Shown here: positions 8,313 through 17,820 of the stretch, piece after piece
How the letters are laid out: the number at the start of each line of letters is the position of its first letter
How positions within the stretch are numbered: the stretch's first letter is position 1
Assembly: GCA_036845085.1 (NCBI GenBank)
Contig: DAIUEN010000001.1
Span: 1-32,000 of the forward strand
Reading direction: 5' to 3'
DNA: 32,000 bases
Source: Candidatus Nanopusillus sp.
GTDB lineage: Archaea; Nanobdellota; Nanobdellia; Nanobdellales; Nanobdellaceae
Notes under the pieces: generated by a model
What the model saw: the letters and a program-made list of their open reading frames with translations, nothing else
The model's database searches: none
What the model was told of the DNA's origin: nothing
Made by a program: the position numbers and the translations under genes

Positions 8313-8720
8313 TTAATATCTTATTATAAAAGAAAATTCTTTTTCTTCTCTTATTTTTTCAATTACTTTTCTTTCTATATCAATAGCTGATTTTTCTGAA
8401 TTGATTGCTATAGTTCTACTATCTATGTAAGTGCTTTTTCTTATTACAATACTATTTTTATCTGAAAAAATTAAATTTTTATGGCCGTATGCGTAAAATT
8501 TGTCTATAATGTCGTCAACTTTTATTATTATTTCTATTTTGTTTCCATTTAGTAAATATTCTTTTAAATCATTTGGTAAATCACTTGCAGAATGGGAGGC
8601 CTTTATTCCTATTATACAGTCTCCTCTTTTTGTTAAATAGTTGTCTTTAGTAATTTCTAAGGTAGATTTGTGTGTTGCTCTTATATTTTTATGTCCATAA
8701 ACCTTAATTACGAATTCCAT
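8313..8720 (-). CDS. DUF371 family protein
   Basis: HKNIRATHKSTLEITKDNYLTKRGDCIIGIKA matches my recollection of the conserved archaeal DUF371 N-terminal motif (H..T.E.T.d..LT.rGDCI.G). Confidence 0.6.
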   Translation of the reverse strand: MEFVIKVYGHKNIRATHKSTLEITKDNYLTKRGDCIIGIKASHSASDLPNDLKEYLLNGNKIEIIIKVDDIIDKFYAYGHKNLIFSDKNSIVIRKSTYIDSRTIAINSEKSAIDIERKVIEKIREEKEFSFIIRY

Positions 8721-9573
8721 TTAAATATTTCAATATATCTCTCATTACATTTTTACCAACATATTTTTCAAAACCTTCAAATTGAAATATGTGATGTATG
8801 TCTATTACATAATACTCATTATCTTTTATTAATATGTCGAAGGCAAATATTTGTAAATCAAGTTTTTCAGAGATTTTATAACATATTTCTTTTAATTCTT
8901 CATTTAGTTCAAATGGTTTTCCATATCCGCCCTGGCTTATATTAGCTTTAAATGTTCCTTGATTTATTCTTTGCATACCCCCATATGGTTCCCCTATGAA
9001 TATTATTCTTACATCTTTTTCATATGGTATATATTTCTGGAAAATTAAAAATGGAAGCTTTCTTATATTTTCTGGATTATTCATGAAGAAATCTTTTAAT
9101 TCTTCTCTATTATTAATTAAATATACAAATTCTCCTCTATGTCTTAGAGAATGTTTTATTACTAATGGATAACCAATATATTTTTCTATAAGATGTAAAT
9201 TATTCATAGAATATATCTTGATAAATTTTGGTATATTTACAATTTTATTAACGCTATCATACATCAAAGTTTTATCTATTAGTCTGTACTTTTTATATAT
9301 GCCATTTATTATGATTTTTCCATTTTCATCTAAATATTTCGCTAAAAAATTTGTATCATATTTTGTTGATGCGCCTACAAAAAAATAGTAGATATCATCT
9401 TTAAGTATATCTTCGTTAAAAGGATATGTTATTCTAGATTTTAATTCTATTATTTTTATATTTTTGAAGTTTGCTATTTCTTCCTTTAATCTTCTAATTC
9501 TATAATCTCCATCATAATAACTTCCAATTAAAATTGTAATATTTGCCATAATTTTTATAGAAAAATTAGTCAT
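8704..9573 (-). CDS. ATP-grasp family ligase (RimK-like)
   Basis: ATP-grasp signatures are present: GYPLVIKHSLRHRGEFVYLI, FLIFQKYIPYEKDVRIIFIG, FKANISQGGYGKPFEL and FAFDILI. The true start could be the internal Met at 9549. Confidence 0.7.
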   Translation of the reverse strand: MTNFSIKIMANITILIGSYYDGDYRIRRLKEEIANFKNIKIIELKSRITYPFNEDILKDDIYYFFVGASTKYDTNFLAKYLDENGKIIINGIYKKYRLIDKTLMYDSVNKIVNIPKFIKIYSMNNLHLIEKYIGYPLVIKHSLRHRGEFVYLINNREELKDFFMNNPENIRKLPFLIFQKYIPYEKDVRIIFIGEPYGGMQRINQGTFKANISQGGYGKPFELNEELKEICYKISEKLDLQIFAFDILIKDNEYYVIDIHHIFQFEGFEKYVGKNVMRDILKYLNGIRN

Positions 9574-9599
9574 AAAAATTTTTTTAACTCAATAGTATA

Positions 9600-9926
9600 A
9601 TGGTATCTTCTAAGAAAAAATCTAAAAAAGATAAAGAAAAATACGAGAAAAAAGTTGTAAAACCTGTTAGAAAGCCAGAAGAAATTGATATTTCAGAACA
9701 TTTCTTAGTTCCAAAACATATATTACTAAATGAAGAAGAAAAGAAAGAGTTATTGAATAAATTGGGTTTAAATGAGAAAAACTATATGATGTATTTGCCA
9801 AAAATAAAGGCTAGCGATCCTGCAATAAAGAAACTAGGAGCAAAACCTGGAGATATAATAAAGATAATAAGACCTTCCCAAATTTCTGGAGAAAGTATAT
9901 ATTATAGAGTTGTAAAAGAAGATTAG
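9600..9926 (+). CDS. rpoH: DNA-directed RNA polymerase subunit H (Rpo5) with a Lys-rich N-terminal extension
   Basis: HFLVPKHILLNEEEKKELLNKL...LPKIKASDPAIKKLGAKPGDIIKIIRPSQISGESIYYRVV is the canonical RpoH/RPB5 C-terminal domain. It sits directly upstream of rpoB. Confidence 0.93.
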   Translation: MVSSKKKSKKDKEKYEKKVVKPVRKPEEIDISEHFLVPKHILLNEEEKKELLNKLGLNEKNYMMYLPKIKASDPAIKKLGAKPGDIIKIIRPSQISGESIYYRVVKED

Positions 9927-9928
9927 TC

Positions 9929-9940
9929 TTATAAATATAT
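9929..9940 (+). promoter_or_regulatory. TATA-like element upstream of rpoB''
   Basis: TTATAAATATAT is centred about 27 nt upstream of the GTG start at 9959. Confidence 0.3.
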
Positions 9941-9958
9941 TTAGTAAATATCTCTAAA

Positions 9959-11482
9959 GTGGCGGGAGATATAAGAGATAAATATATTTTGTTGTATAAA
10001 TATTTAGAAGATAAGGGGGTTATTGAAAGCAATATTGAATCTTTTAACTATTTTGTAGATCATGAAATGACAAAAGTCGGAAGGGCAATGGGATTTTTTT
10101 CTCCGAGAGTGTTACCGCAAGGACTCCACGATTTGAAATTCAAAATAGAGAGATTGTGGTTAAGCAAAGCAGATTTTATGGAAAAAGAAGGTATTATTAG
10201 AATTATATACCCAAATGAAGCTAGGATAAGAAATATAACTTATAGTGGTACTGTTTTCATGGAATTTTCTGTATATGAGAATGAAAGTTTCAAGAATAAA
10301 TACCAAATAAGTATAGGAAAGCTTCCTATAATGGTTAGATCAAAATATTGTAATACTTATGGATTATCCCCAGAAGAATTAATAAAAATTGGCGAAGATC
10401 CATATGACTTTGGCGGATATTTTATAATAAATGGTAGCGAAAAAGTCTTAGTTCTTTCTGAAGAGTTATCTACAGATAAATTTTTTGTTCAAGAAGAAAG
10501 TGGTGGGGTAGTTAAGTACAAAGGATTTTTATTATCTGAATCTTTGGTAGTTCAATATCCACATAACATAGAAATGACAAAAGATAGTCTTTTATATGTA
10601 TCATTTGAAAAATACAAGAGAATTCCTCTAATTCCTCTACTTAAAGTTTTAGGTATGGATAGAGATGATGAAATATATAGTTTTATTAATGAAGATGATA
10701 ATTTTGAGGAAACATATATTAACTTATTAGAATATCAAGATCTTCAAACACAAGATGATGTTATAAAATATCTAGCAGATAAGTTAAGATTGACTGGTTC
10801 TTTCGAAGTTAAAAGAGAAAAATTATATGGAATTATTGATACAAAATTATTACCTCATGTAGGGACATCTCCTAATGATAGAATGTTTAAAGCATATATA
10901 TTAACAAAATATGCTAGAAAAATATTACTGTTAGCTCATGGTATTATAGGAGAAGATGTTAAAGATCACCTAAAGAATAAAGTAGTAAGGACACCCGGAG
11001 ATTTAATTAGGGATTTATTTAGAGTAGTTTTAAAGACATTCGTACAAGATGCAATGTCTCAATATGATAGATTGGCTAGAAGGGGTAAAATACCATCTTA
11101 TACTTCTATATTTAGAGCAAAAGTTTTTACAGATAGATTCCAATCAGCATTTGCTACTGGTAAATGGACTAGAAATAGAGTAGGAGTTTCACAACAATTA
11201 GATAGAACAAATAGGTTGTCTGTTCTTTCTCATCTTACTAGAGTTTGGTCCTCTATAGAAGGTGAAGCTGAGCTATATGAAGCTAGAATGGTTCATGGTA
11301 CCCATTGGGGAAGATTGGATATGATCGAGACGCCAGAAGGTAAAGAGACTGGATTAAGAAAAAATTTAACTTTGTTTGCTAAGATAAGTTTTGAAGAGAT
11401 AGATATTAATAATTTTATTTCACAACTAGAAAAGCTTGGATTGAAATCAGTTAAAAATAAAAACTTTTCTAGAAATAATTAA
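9959..11482 (+). CDS. rpoB2: DNA-directed RNA polymerase subunit B'' (N-terminal part of split Rpo2)
   Basis: Strong resemblance to the RpoB N-terminal half (PYDFGGYFIINGSEKVLV, ISHLTRV-like LSHLTRVWS, ARMVHGTHWGRLDMIETPEG). GTG start. It is followed 2 nt later by B'. Confidence 0.95.
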   Translation: MAGDIRDKYILLYKYLEDKGVIESNIESFNYFVDHEMTKVGRAMGFFSPRVLPQGLHDLKFKIERLWLSKADFMEKEGIIRIIYPNEARIRNITYSGTVFMEFSVYENESFKNKYQISIGKLPIMVRSKYCNTYGLSPEELIKIGEDPYDFGGYFIINGSEKVLVLSEELSTDKFFVQEESGGVVKYKGFLLSESLVVQYPHNIEMTKDSLLYVSFEKYKRIPLIPLLKVLGMDRDDEIYSFINEDDNFEETYINLLEYQDLQTQDDVIKYLADKLRLTGSFEVKREKLYGIIDTKLLPHVGTSPNDRMFKAYILTKYARKILLLAHGIIGEDVKDHLKNKVVRTPGDLIRDLFRVVLKTFVQDAMSQYDRLARRGKIPSYTSIFRAKVFTDRFQSAFATGKWTRNRVGVSQQLDRTNRLSVLSHLTRVWSSIEGEAELYEARMVHGTHWGRLDMIETPEGKETGLRKNLTLFAKISFEEIDINNFISQLEKLGLKSVKNKNFSRNN

Positions 11483-11484
11483 AA

Positions 11485-13293
11485 ATGTCTTCCGAAGTTT
11501 ATCTAGATGATATCTTTATAGGATATGTAGATAATCCGTTAGAGTTTATTGAGAAATTTAAAGAAAGTAGAAGAAAAGGTGTTATTCCATATTTTATCAA
11601 TATAGGATATGACGAAAAAACCAATACAGTTCATATTTCTGCTAGAAAAGGTAGATTACTGAGACCCTTAATTGTTGTAAAAAACGGAAAACCTCTATTA
11701 ACTGAGGAACATATAGAAAAATTGAAAAAAGGTGAGATTAGATGGAAAGATTTAGAAGAACAAGGAATTATAGAGTACTTAGATCCTTTGGAAGAAGAAA
11801 ATGCTGTTGTTGCTTTGGAAGAGAAAGATATAAATGAAAATACAACGCATCTGGAATTATCTCCTTTGGTTATATTCGGTATTATAACTTCTTTAGCTCC
11901 GTTTTCGAATCATAATCAATCTGCTAGATTAAATAGGGGAATAAGGCCTATGAAACAGTCTCATGCTATTTATTCTTTAAACTACCCCATTAGATTTGAT
12001 ACTGATATATCTGTTGCATATTATCCTCAAACTCCAATTGTTAGAACTTTTTCTCATGAAATTTTCAAAGAACAAGATGCTATAGGACAAAATGTCATTG
12101 TTGCGGTAATGACTCAAGAGGGTTATAATATAGAGGATGCTATTATTCTTAATAGAGCCTCTGTAGAAAGAGGGTTATTTAGATCTGTATATTTTAGATC
12201 ATATGAATTAGAAGCATTGAAATATCCTAGTGGACTACAAGATGATATAACTATACCAGAACCAGATGTTTATTTATATAGAGGAAGAGATAAATACAAA
12301 TATTTAGAAGATGATGGAATTGTTGCATTAGAGTCTTATGTTAAAGAAGGTGATGTACTTGTAGGAAGGGTTTCTCCTCCAAGATTTAGTGGATTGGTAT
12401 CTGAAAGTTTAACTGGTTCTCTTGGAAAAAGGGATACTTCTTTAGCTGTTGAATATGGACATGAAGGTTATGTAGATTCTGTAATTTTAACCGAATCTGG
12501 AGATGGAAATTTATTAATAAAAGTTAGATTGAGAAGTTTAAGAATTCCTGTTTTAGGTGATAAATTTGCTGTCAGGCATGGACAGAAAGGTGTTGTTGGT
12601 ATGATTGTAGATGAATCAGATATGCCATGGACAGCTTCTGGAATAAAACCGGATATAATTTTTTCACCTTTTGGTATTCCTTCTAGAGAAACGGTGGGAT
12701 TGTTACTAGAATTGCTTGCTGGAAAAGTGGGAGCTTTAAGTGGAAGATGTGTTGATGGTACTCCTTGGTTTGGTGAAAAAGAGGAAGACTTAAGAAAAGA
12801 GTTACTAAGATTAGGTTTTAGAGAAGATGGAACAGAAACAATGTATAATCCTTGGACAGGTGATGAATTTAAAGTTAAAATATATATTGGAAGCTTATAT
12901 TACATGAGATTGAAACATATGAGTAAAAACAAATTACAAGTTAGAGCAATAGGACCTGTTACTTTGTTAACGAAACAACCTACTGAAGGAAAATCTAAAG
13001 GTGGTGGTCTTAGGTTGGGAGAAATGGAAAATCTTGTTTTAGCAGGTCACGGAGCTTCCATTTTATTAAGAGAAAAATTCTCCTCTGATGACTGGGTTAT
13101 ACATGTATGTGAAACTTGTGGTTCCATAGCTGTTGAAGATAAAGCTAGAAATAGAGTTTACTGTCCAGTATGTAATGAAACAGAAAAAATATCAAAAATT
13201 AAAACATCTTATGCCTTTTTTGTTCTAATTAGAGAATTGATGTCTTTAGGTATATGGCCAAGACTTAAACTAAAGTATAAATTTGAAAAATGA
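11485..13293 (+). CDS. rpoB1: DNA-directed RNA polymerase subunit B' (C-terminal part of split Rpo2)
   Basis: GDKFAVRHGQKGVVG, PDIIFSPFGIPSRETVG, GGLRLGEME and a C-terminal Zn ribbon CETCG...CPVC. Confidence 0.96.
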   Translation: MSSEVYLDDIFIGYVDNPLEFIEKFKESRRKGVIPYFINIGYDEKTNTVHISARKGRLLRPLIVVKNGKPLLTEEHIEKLKKGEIRWKDLEEQGIIEYLDPLEEENAVVALEEKDINENTTHLELSPLVIFGIITSLAPFSNHNQSARLNRGIRPMKQSHAIYSLNYPIRFDTDISVAYYPQTPIVRTFSHEIFKEQDAIGQNVIVAVMTQEGYNIEDAIILNRASVERGLFRSVYFRSYELEALKYPSGLQDDITIPEPDVYLYRGRDKYKYLEDDGIVALESYVKEGDVLVGRVSPPRFSGLVSESLTGSLGKRDTSLAVEYGHEGYVDSVILTESGDGNLLIKVRLRSLRIPVLGDKFAVRHGQKGVVGMIVDESDMPWTASGIKPDIIFSPFGIPSRETVGLLLELLAGKVGALSGRCVDGTPWFGEKEEDLRKELLRLGFREDGTETMYNPWTGDEFKVKIYIGSLYYMRLKHMSKNKLQVRAIGPVTLLTKQPTEGKSKGGGLRLGEMENLVLAGHGASILLREKFSSDDWVIHVCETCGSIAVEDKARNRVYCPVCNETEKISKIKTSYAFFVLIRELMSLGIWPRLKLKYKFEK

Positions 13294-15965
13294 TGAACGA
13301 GATTTTTCCTAAAAGAATAGGATTCATACAATATTCATTATTGAGTCCTGACGCGATTAGAAAAATGTCTGTAGCTAAAATTATTGTTCCAGAACTATAT
13401 GACGAAGAAGGAATGCCAGTGAGAGGTGGTTTAATGGATTTAAGACTTGGTGTTGTAGATCCTGGTCTTGTATGTGAAACCTGCGGGAAGAGTGTTGGTA
13501 AATGTCCTGGTCATTTTGGCCATTTAGAGTTAGCAAGGCCGGTATTTCATATAGAATTTATTCCAATAATTAAAGAACTTGTTAATGCAGTATGTACAAA
13601 TTGTGGTAGGGTTAAATTGACCGAAGAGGAAATTGATTTTGCAGAGAAAAAAATTGAAAAATATAGAAGAAATAGGAACTGGAGGCTATTAGATAAATTT
13701 TTAAGAAAATATGTCTATTATAAGGCAAAAAAAAGATTGAAATGTCCGCACTGTGGATTTGAAAATCAAAAGATAGAATTCAGAAAGCCATATATATTTT
13801 ACATTAAGACACAAGACGGAGAAAGAAGAATATTTCCTACGGAAATAAGGGCTATATTTGAGAAAATACCTGACAGAGATGCTTTCGTTTTAGGATTTCA
13901 TCCAGTTTATGCTAGACCTGAATGGACGATATTGACCGTTTTACCAATACCTCCAGTTACAATTAGACAGTCTATAATATTAGAAACTGGAGAAAGATCT
14001 GAAGATGATCTTACTCATAAGCTTGTAGATATAGTTAGATCAAACCAAAGATTAAAGGAAGCTATAACAACCGGAGCTCCTCAGACAGTAATTAGAGAAT
14101 TATATGATCTGCTGCAATATCATATTTCTACATATTTCCACAATAATGTTGCTGGTTTACCAGTAGCAATTCATAGATCTGGGAAGCCAATAAAATCTCT
14201 TGTAGAGAGAATAGTTGGTAAAGAAGGTAGAATAAGATATAATTTACTTGGAAAGAGAACAAATTATAGTGCAAGAGCTGTTATATCCCCAGATGTAAAA
14301 ATAAAATATAACGAAGTTGGAGTTCCTATTAAAGTTGTAATGTCTTTAACAATTCCTGAAAGAGTTACAGAATATAATATAGATAAATTAAAAGAATATG
14401 TACTTAATGGTCCTAATAAGTATCCTGGGGCGAATTATGTTATTGCTCCTGATGGTAAAAGGAGGGTTATAACTGAAGAAAATAAAGAAACACTTGCGTC
14501 TCAATTAGAACCTGGATGGATTGTTGAAAGGCATATATTAGATGGAGATATTGTGTTATTCTTAAGGTATCCATCTTTACACAGATTATCTATGCAAGGA
14601 CATTATGTTAAGGTTCTTCCTGGCGATACATTTAGATTACACCCCGCAATTGTTAAACCATATAATGCAGATTTTGATGGAGATGAAATGAATATATTTG
14701 TACCTCAAAGTGAAGAGGCTAGAGCTGAAGCAGTGTTATTACTAGAAGCATCTAATCATGTAATATCTATAAAACACGGAGAATTTATGGTTGGAGCAAT
14801 TCAGGAAGCAATTACTGGTTTATACTTATTGACAAAAGACAATCCAGAAATACCAATAGATATTGCAATGCAATTAGTATATTGGTCTGGAAATAAAGAG
14901 GTATATATAAATAAATTAATAAGATTCATTAAAAAAGCAAGAGAAGAAAATAGAGATTATTTGACTGGATATGAAATAGCATCAGTATTTTTACCGGATG
15001 ATTTAAACTATAAAGATGATAAAATTACAATAGAAAATGGAGTTATTGTTGACGGATATCTAGATTCTTCTTTAGTAAAAGCAGAAAAAGGAAAATTATT
15101 TGCTTATGTATATGTAAATTATGGAAAAGATATTGCTTCCGATTTAATTAACTCATATTTTTTACTAGGGGTTTATTATCAGTATATATTGGGAATTACT
15201 ATGAGTATTTCAGATCTAGATTTACCTGAAGAAGCCAAATTAGAGATAAATAACATAATAGAAGAAACGATGAAGAAGATAGAAAAGATATATGATGACT
15301 TCAAAGAAGAAAAATTAGAAAGAATACCTGGCAAAACATTAAAGGAAACATATCAATTAATGACAATTCATGAAATATCAGGATCTTTAACACAAATACA
15401 GAAGGTATTAATGAAATATATGAAAAAAGATACCGGAACTTACGTAATGTCTATTACAGGAGCAAGAGGAGACTGGACAAATATAACAAAAATGGTGGGA
15501 TCTCTAGGTTTTCAAGTATTTAGAGGGAAATTCATAGAATTTGGATATAATGATAGGAATCTATCTATATTTCCAAAGGGATTATACCATCCTCTTTATT
15601 ATGGTTGGGTTGTTTCATCATTCTTAGATGGTTTAAAATCTTGGGAGATGTTTTATCACTCACTTACCGGAAGAGATTCTTTAATGGATACTGCTATAAG
15701 AACGGGACAATCTGGATATTTCTATAGAAGATTATCTCATAGTTTATATGAATTATATGTAAGTTCTAATTTGGTTGTAAAAGATAATTTTGGCAGAATA
15801 GTACAATTTTTATATGGGGATGATGGTATTGCAGTACATAAAACACCATCTGGAAAAATTGATATTAACATGTTTATCGAAAAGGCTTTAAAAATGTATT
15901 CTGAAAATAAGAAGAAGGATGGAGATACCAAAAAAACTACTAGAAGAACTAAGAGAAAAAATTAA
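13290..15965 (+). CDS. rpoA1: DNA-directed RNA polymerase subunit A' (Rpo1N)
   Basis: Catalytic NADFDGDEMN motif, Zn-binding CETCG...CPGHFGH and RYPSLHRLSM. ATGA overlap with the rpoB' stop. Confidence 0.97.
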   Translation: MMNEIFPKRIGFIQYSLLSPDAIRKMSVAKIIVPELYDEEGMPVRGGLMDLRLGVVDPGLVCETCGKSVGKCPGHFGHLELARPVFHIEFIPIIKELVNAVCTNCGRVKLTEEEIDFAEKKIEKYRRNRNWRLLDKFLRKYVYYKAKKRLKCPHCGFENQKIEFRKPYIFYIKTQDGERRIFPTEIRAIFEKIPDRDAFVLGFHPVYARPEWTILTVLPIPPVTIRQSIILETGERSEDDLTHKLVDIVRSNQRLKEAITTGAPQTVIRELYDLLQYHISTYFHNNVAGLPVAIHRSGKPIKSLVERIVGKEGRIRYNLLGKRTNYSARAVISPDVKIKYNEVGVPIKVVMSLTIPERVTEYNIDKLKEYVLNGPNKYPGANYVIAPDGKRRVITEENKETLASQLEPGWIVERHILDGDIVLFLRYPSLHRLSMQGHYVKVLPGDTFRLHPAIVKPYNADFDGDEMNIFVPQSEEARAEAVLLLEASNHVISIKHGEFMVGAIQEAITGLYLLTKDNPEIPIDIAMQLVYWSGNKEVYINKLIRFIKKAREENRDYLTGYEIASVFLPDDLNYKDDKITIENGVIVDGYLDSSLVKAEKGKLFAYVYVNYGKDIASDLINSYFLLGVYYQYILGITMSISDLDLPEEAKLEINNIIEETMKKIEKIYDDFKEEKLERIPGKTLKETYQLMTIHEISGSLTQIQKVLMKYMKKDTGTYVMSITGARGDWTNITKMVGSLGFQVFRGKFIEFGYNDRNLSIFPKGLYHPLYYGWVVSSFLDGLKSWEMFYHSLTGRDSLMDTAIRTGQSGYFYRRLSHSLYELYVSSNLVVKDNFGRIVQFLYGDDGIAVHKTPSGKIDINMFIEKALKMYSENKKKDGDTKKTTRRTKRKN

Positions 15966-17037
15966 AGATTTACCAGAAGAAAAGCAAAGAGAAATAGAAG
16001 AAGAATTTATAAATTTCTATAAAAAATTTTTAATAGATCCTGGTGAACCTGTGGGGATTATTGCATCTCAATCTATTGCAGAGCCAACTACTCAGATGAT
16101 ACTAAAGTCATTCCACTTTGTTGGTGGTGGTTTTGAATCTAAAGCTTCTTTGGGTTTGCCAAGATTGTTAGAAATAGCTGATGCAAGAAAAAAAGTAAAA
16201 AATAAGGTTACTAAAATATATTTAATAGAAGAATATAAAAAAGATTATCAAAAAGCATATGAAGTTGCTTTGAGAATTAAAGAAGTTGTTTTGGAAGATT
16301 TAACTTCTGAAATAGCTTTGGATATATTCGAAAATAAGATAATTATATCATTGGATGAAAAAAAATTAGAAAAAAATAATCTAAGCGAGGAAGAAGTTTA
16401 TAACATATTAAAAAAGAAATTAAAAAAATATAAAGTAGAGCTAGAAGGAGGAAATATAGTCATATTTGCTGAAAAAATAAAATCAAAGGATTTGTATTTG
16501 CTTAAAAACAACATAAAGAAAATACACATAAAAGGTATACCTGGAATTAAAGATGTTACTATAAAAAGGGAGGATGAAGAATATGTTATATACGCATCTG
16601 GTTCTAATTTAATGGAACTAATGAAAATACCAGAAATAGATTATAGAAAGATATATACTAATGATATAAAAGAAATAGAAAAAGTTTTTGGTATAGAAGC
16701 AGCTAGGGAGGCTATATTTAGAGAGCTAGTAAAATTATATGCTGAACAAGGTTTTAAAGTAGATCCAAGACATTTCGCATTATTAGCAGATGTTTTAACC
16801 TGGCATGGAGAATATCTCGGTATCAATAGATATGGTCTACAATCTGAAAAGGCATCGACATTATCTAAAGCATCATTTGAAGTACCTATTAGGATATTAA
16901 TGACTGCTGCTTTAAGAGGGGAAGAAGATCCTGTTAGTTCATCGATAGATAACTTAATAATGAACCAAGTTATTCCGCTTGGTACTGGTCTATATGACAT
17001 ATATTATAAAGGAGAAATGAATAAAAAAGTTTCATAA
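15919..17037 (+). CDS. rpoA2: DNA-directed RNA polymerase subunit A'' (Rpo1C)
   Basis: GEPVGIIASQSIAEPTTQM (trigger-loop region) and the C-terminal LMTAALRGEEDPVSSSIDNLIMNQVIPLGTG. With the only available ATG start it overlaps the rpoA' 3' end by 47 nt. Confidence 0.93.
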   Translation: MEIPKKLLEELREKIKDLPEEKQREIEEEFINFYKKFLIDPGEPVGIIASQSIAEPTTQMILKSFHFVGGGFESKASLGLPRLLEIADARKKVKNKVTKIYLIEEYKKDYQKAYEVALRIKEVVLEDLTSEIALDIFENKIIISLDEKKLEKNNLSEEEVYNILKKKLKKYKVELEGGNIVIFAEKIKSKDLYLLKNNIKKIHIKGIPGIKDVTIKREDEEYVIYASGSNLMELMKIPEIDYRKIYTNDIKEIEKVFGIEAAREAIFRELVKLYAEQGFKVDPRHFALLADVLTWHGEYLGINRYGLQSEKASTLSKASFEVPIRILMTAALRGEEDPVSSSIDNLIMNQVIPLGTGLYDIYYKGEMNKKVS

Positions 17038-17049
17038 ATATACCTAAAA

Positions 17050-17325
17050 ATGGTCTCGTTTGATGATATAAAAAGAATGATTAATATGGAGAAAAATAGA
17101 GTAATATTAGGAACAAATATGACTATAAAAATGATTAAAAATGGAAAAGTTGAAAAAGTATTTTTAGCAAAAAATGCTCCTGAAGAAATTAAGAGAGATA
17201 TATTATACTATTCAAAGCTAGGTAATTTTGAAGTAGAGGAACTAAATTATACCAATGAAGAAATAGGGATTATATTGAAAAAGCCTTTTAAAATATCTGT
17301 TATTTCTATATTAAAAAATGGGTAA
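17050..17325 (+). CDS. rpl30e: Ribosomal protein eL30 (L30e)
   Basis: [47 protein letters not shown]...[11 protein letters not shown] fits the L30e/L7Ae-fold family. It sits in the canonical position after rpoA''. Confidence 0.9.
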   Translation: MVSFDDIKRMINMEKNRVILGTNMTIKMIKNGKVEKVFLAKNAPEEIKRDILYYSKLGNFEVEELNYTNEEIGIILKKPFKISVISILKNG

Positions 17326-17746
17326 TGGTTTGTTTGCTGCTAAAAAACTAATTGAAAAGAGAAAAAAATTTAGATGGGCTAAAAAAGAGTGGAAAAGGAG
17401 AATACTGAGATTGAAGGAAAAATATGATCCATTTGGAGGCGCGCCAATGGCTTCTGGAATAGTATTAGAGAAAGTTCAGATAGAAAAAAGGCAGCCATAT
17501 TCTGGTATGATAAAATGTGTGAGAGTGCAGCTAAAGAAGAATGGAAAAGTTGTTACTGCATTTGCACCAGGAGATAAGGCAATAAAGTATATAGATGAAC
17601 ACGACGAAGTTTTACTAGTATACATAGGTGGTCCTAAAGGTAGGGCTATTGGTTCTATTCCTGGAGTAAGGTATAAAGTTGTATTAGTTAATGGTCAACC
17701 ACTAGAGCTTTTAAGAACTGGAAAAATAGAAAAAGCAAGGAGGTAG
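17318..17746 (+). CDS. rps12: Ribosomal protein uS12
   Basis: [14 protein letters not shown]...[21 protein letters not shown]...[31 protein letters not shown]. It overlaps the rpl30e end by 8 nt. Confidence 0.93.
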   Translation: MGNGLFAAKKLIEKRKKFRWAKKEWKRRILRLKEKYDPFGGAPMASGIVLEKVQIEKRQPYSGMIKCVRVQLKKNGKVVTAFAPGDKAIKYIDEHDEVLLVYIGGPKGRAIGSIPGVRYKVVLVNGQPLELLRTGKIEKARR

Positions 17747-17748
17747 AA

Positions 17749-17767
17749 ATTTTTATTTGTTATTTTT
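17749..17767 (+). terminator. T-tract terminator candidate after rps12
   Basis: ATTTTTATTTGTTATTTTT lies immediately after the rps12 stop. Archaeal termination commonly uses oligo-T tracts. Confidence 0.3.
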
Positions 17768-17788
17768 CAGTAAATAAATTTTGTAATT

Positions 17789-17800
17789 AAATATATAAAA
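17789..17800 (+). promoter_or_regulatory. TATA-like element upstream of the inserted membrane-protein gene
   Basis: AAATATATAAAA is centred about 26 nt upstream of the ATG at 17821. Confidence 0.35.
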
Positions 17801-17820
17801 TTTCTTTACTAAATTATAAA

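Noticed and set aside
16641-17000. 119-aa minus-strand ORF inside rpoA''
   Set aside because: It is antisense to a strongly conserved RNA polymerase subunit. It is treated as spurious, as are the similar track ORFs at 15737-15931, 18102-18365, 19478-19702, 20354-20593, 20645-20869, 23925-24167, 24313-24528, 26968-27159, 30911-31159 and 31448-31687.
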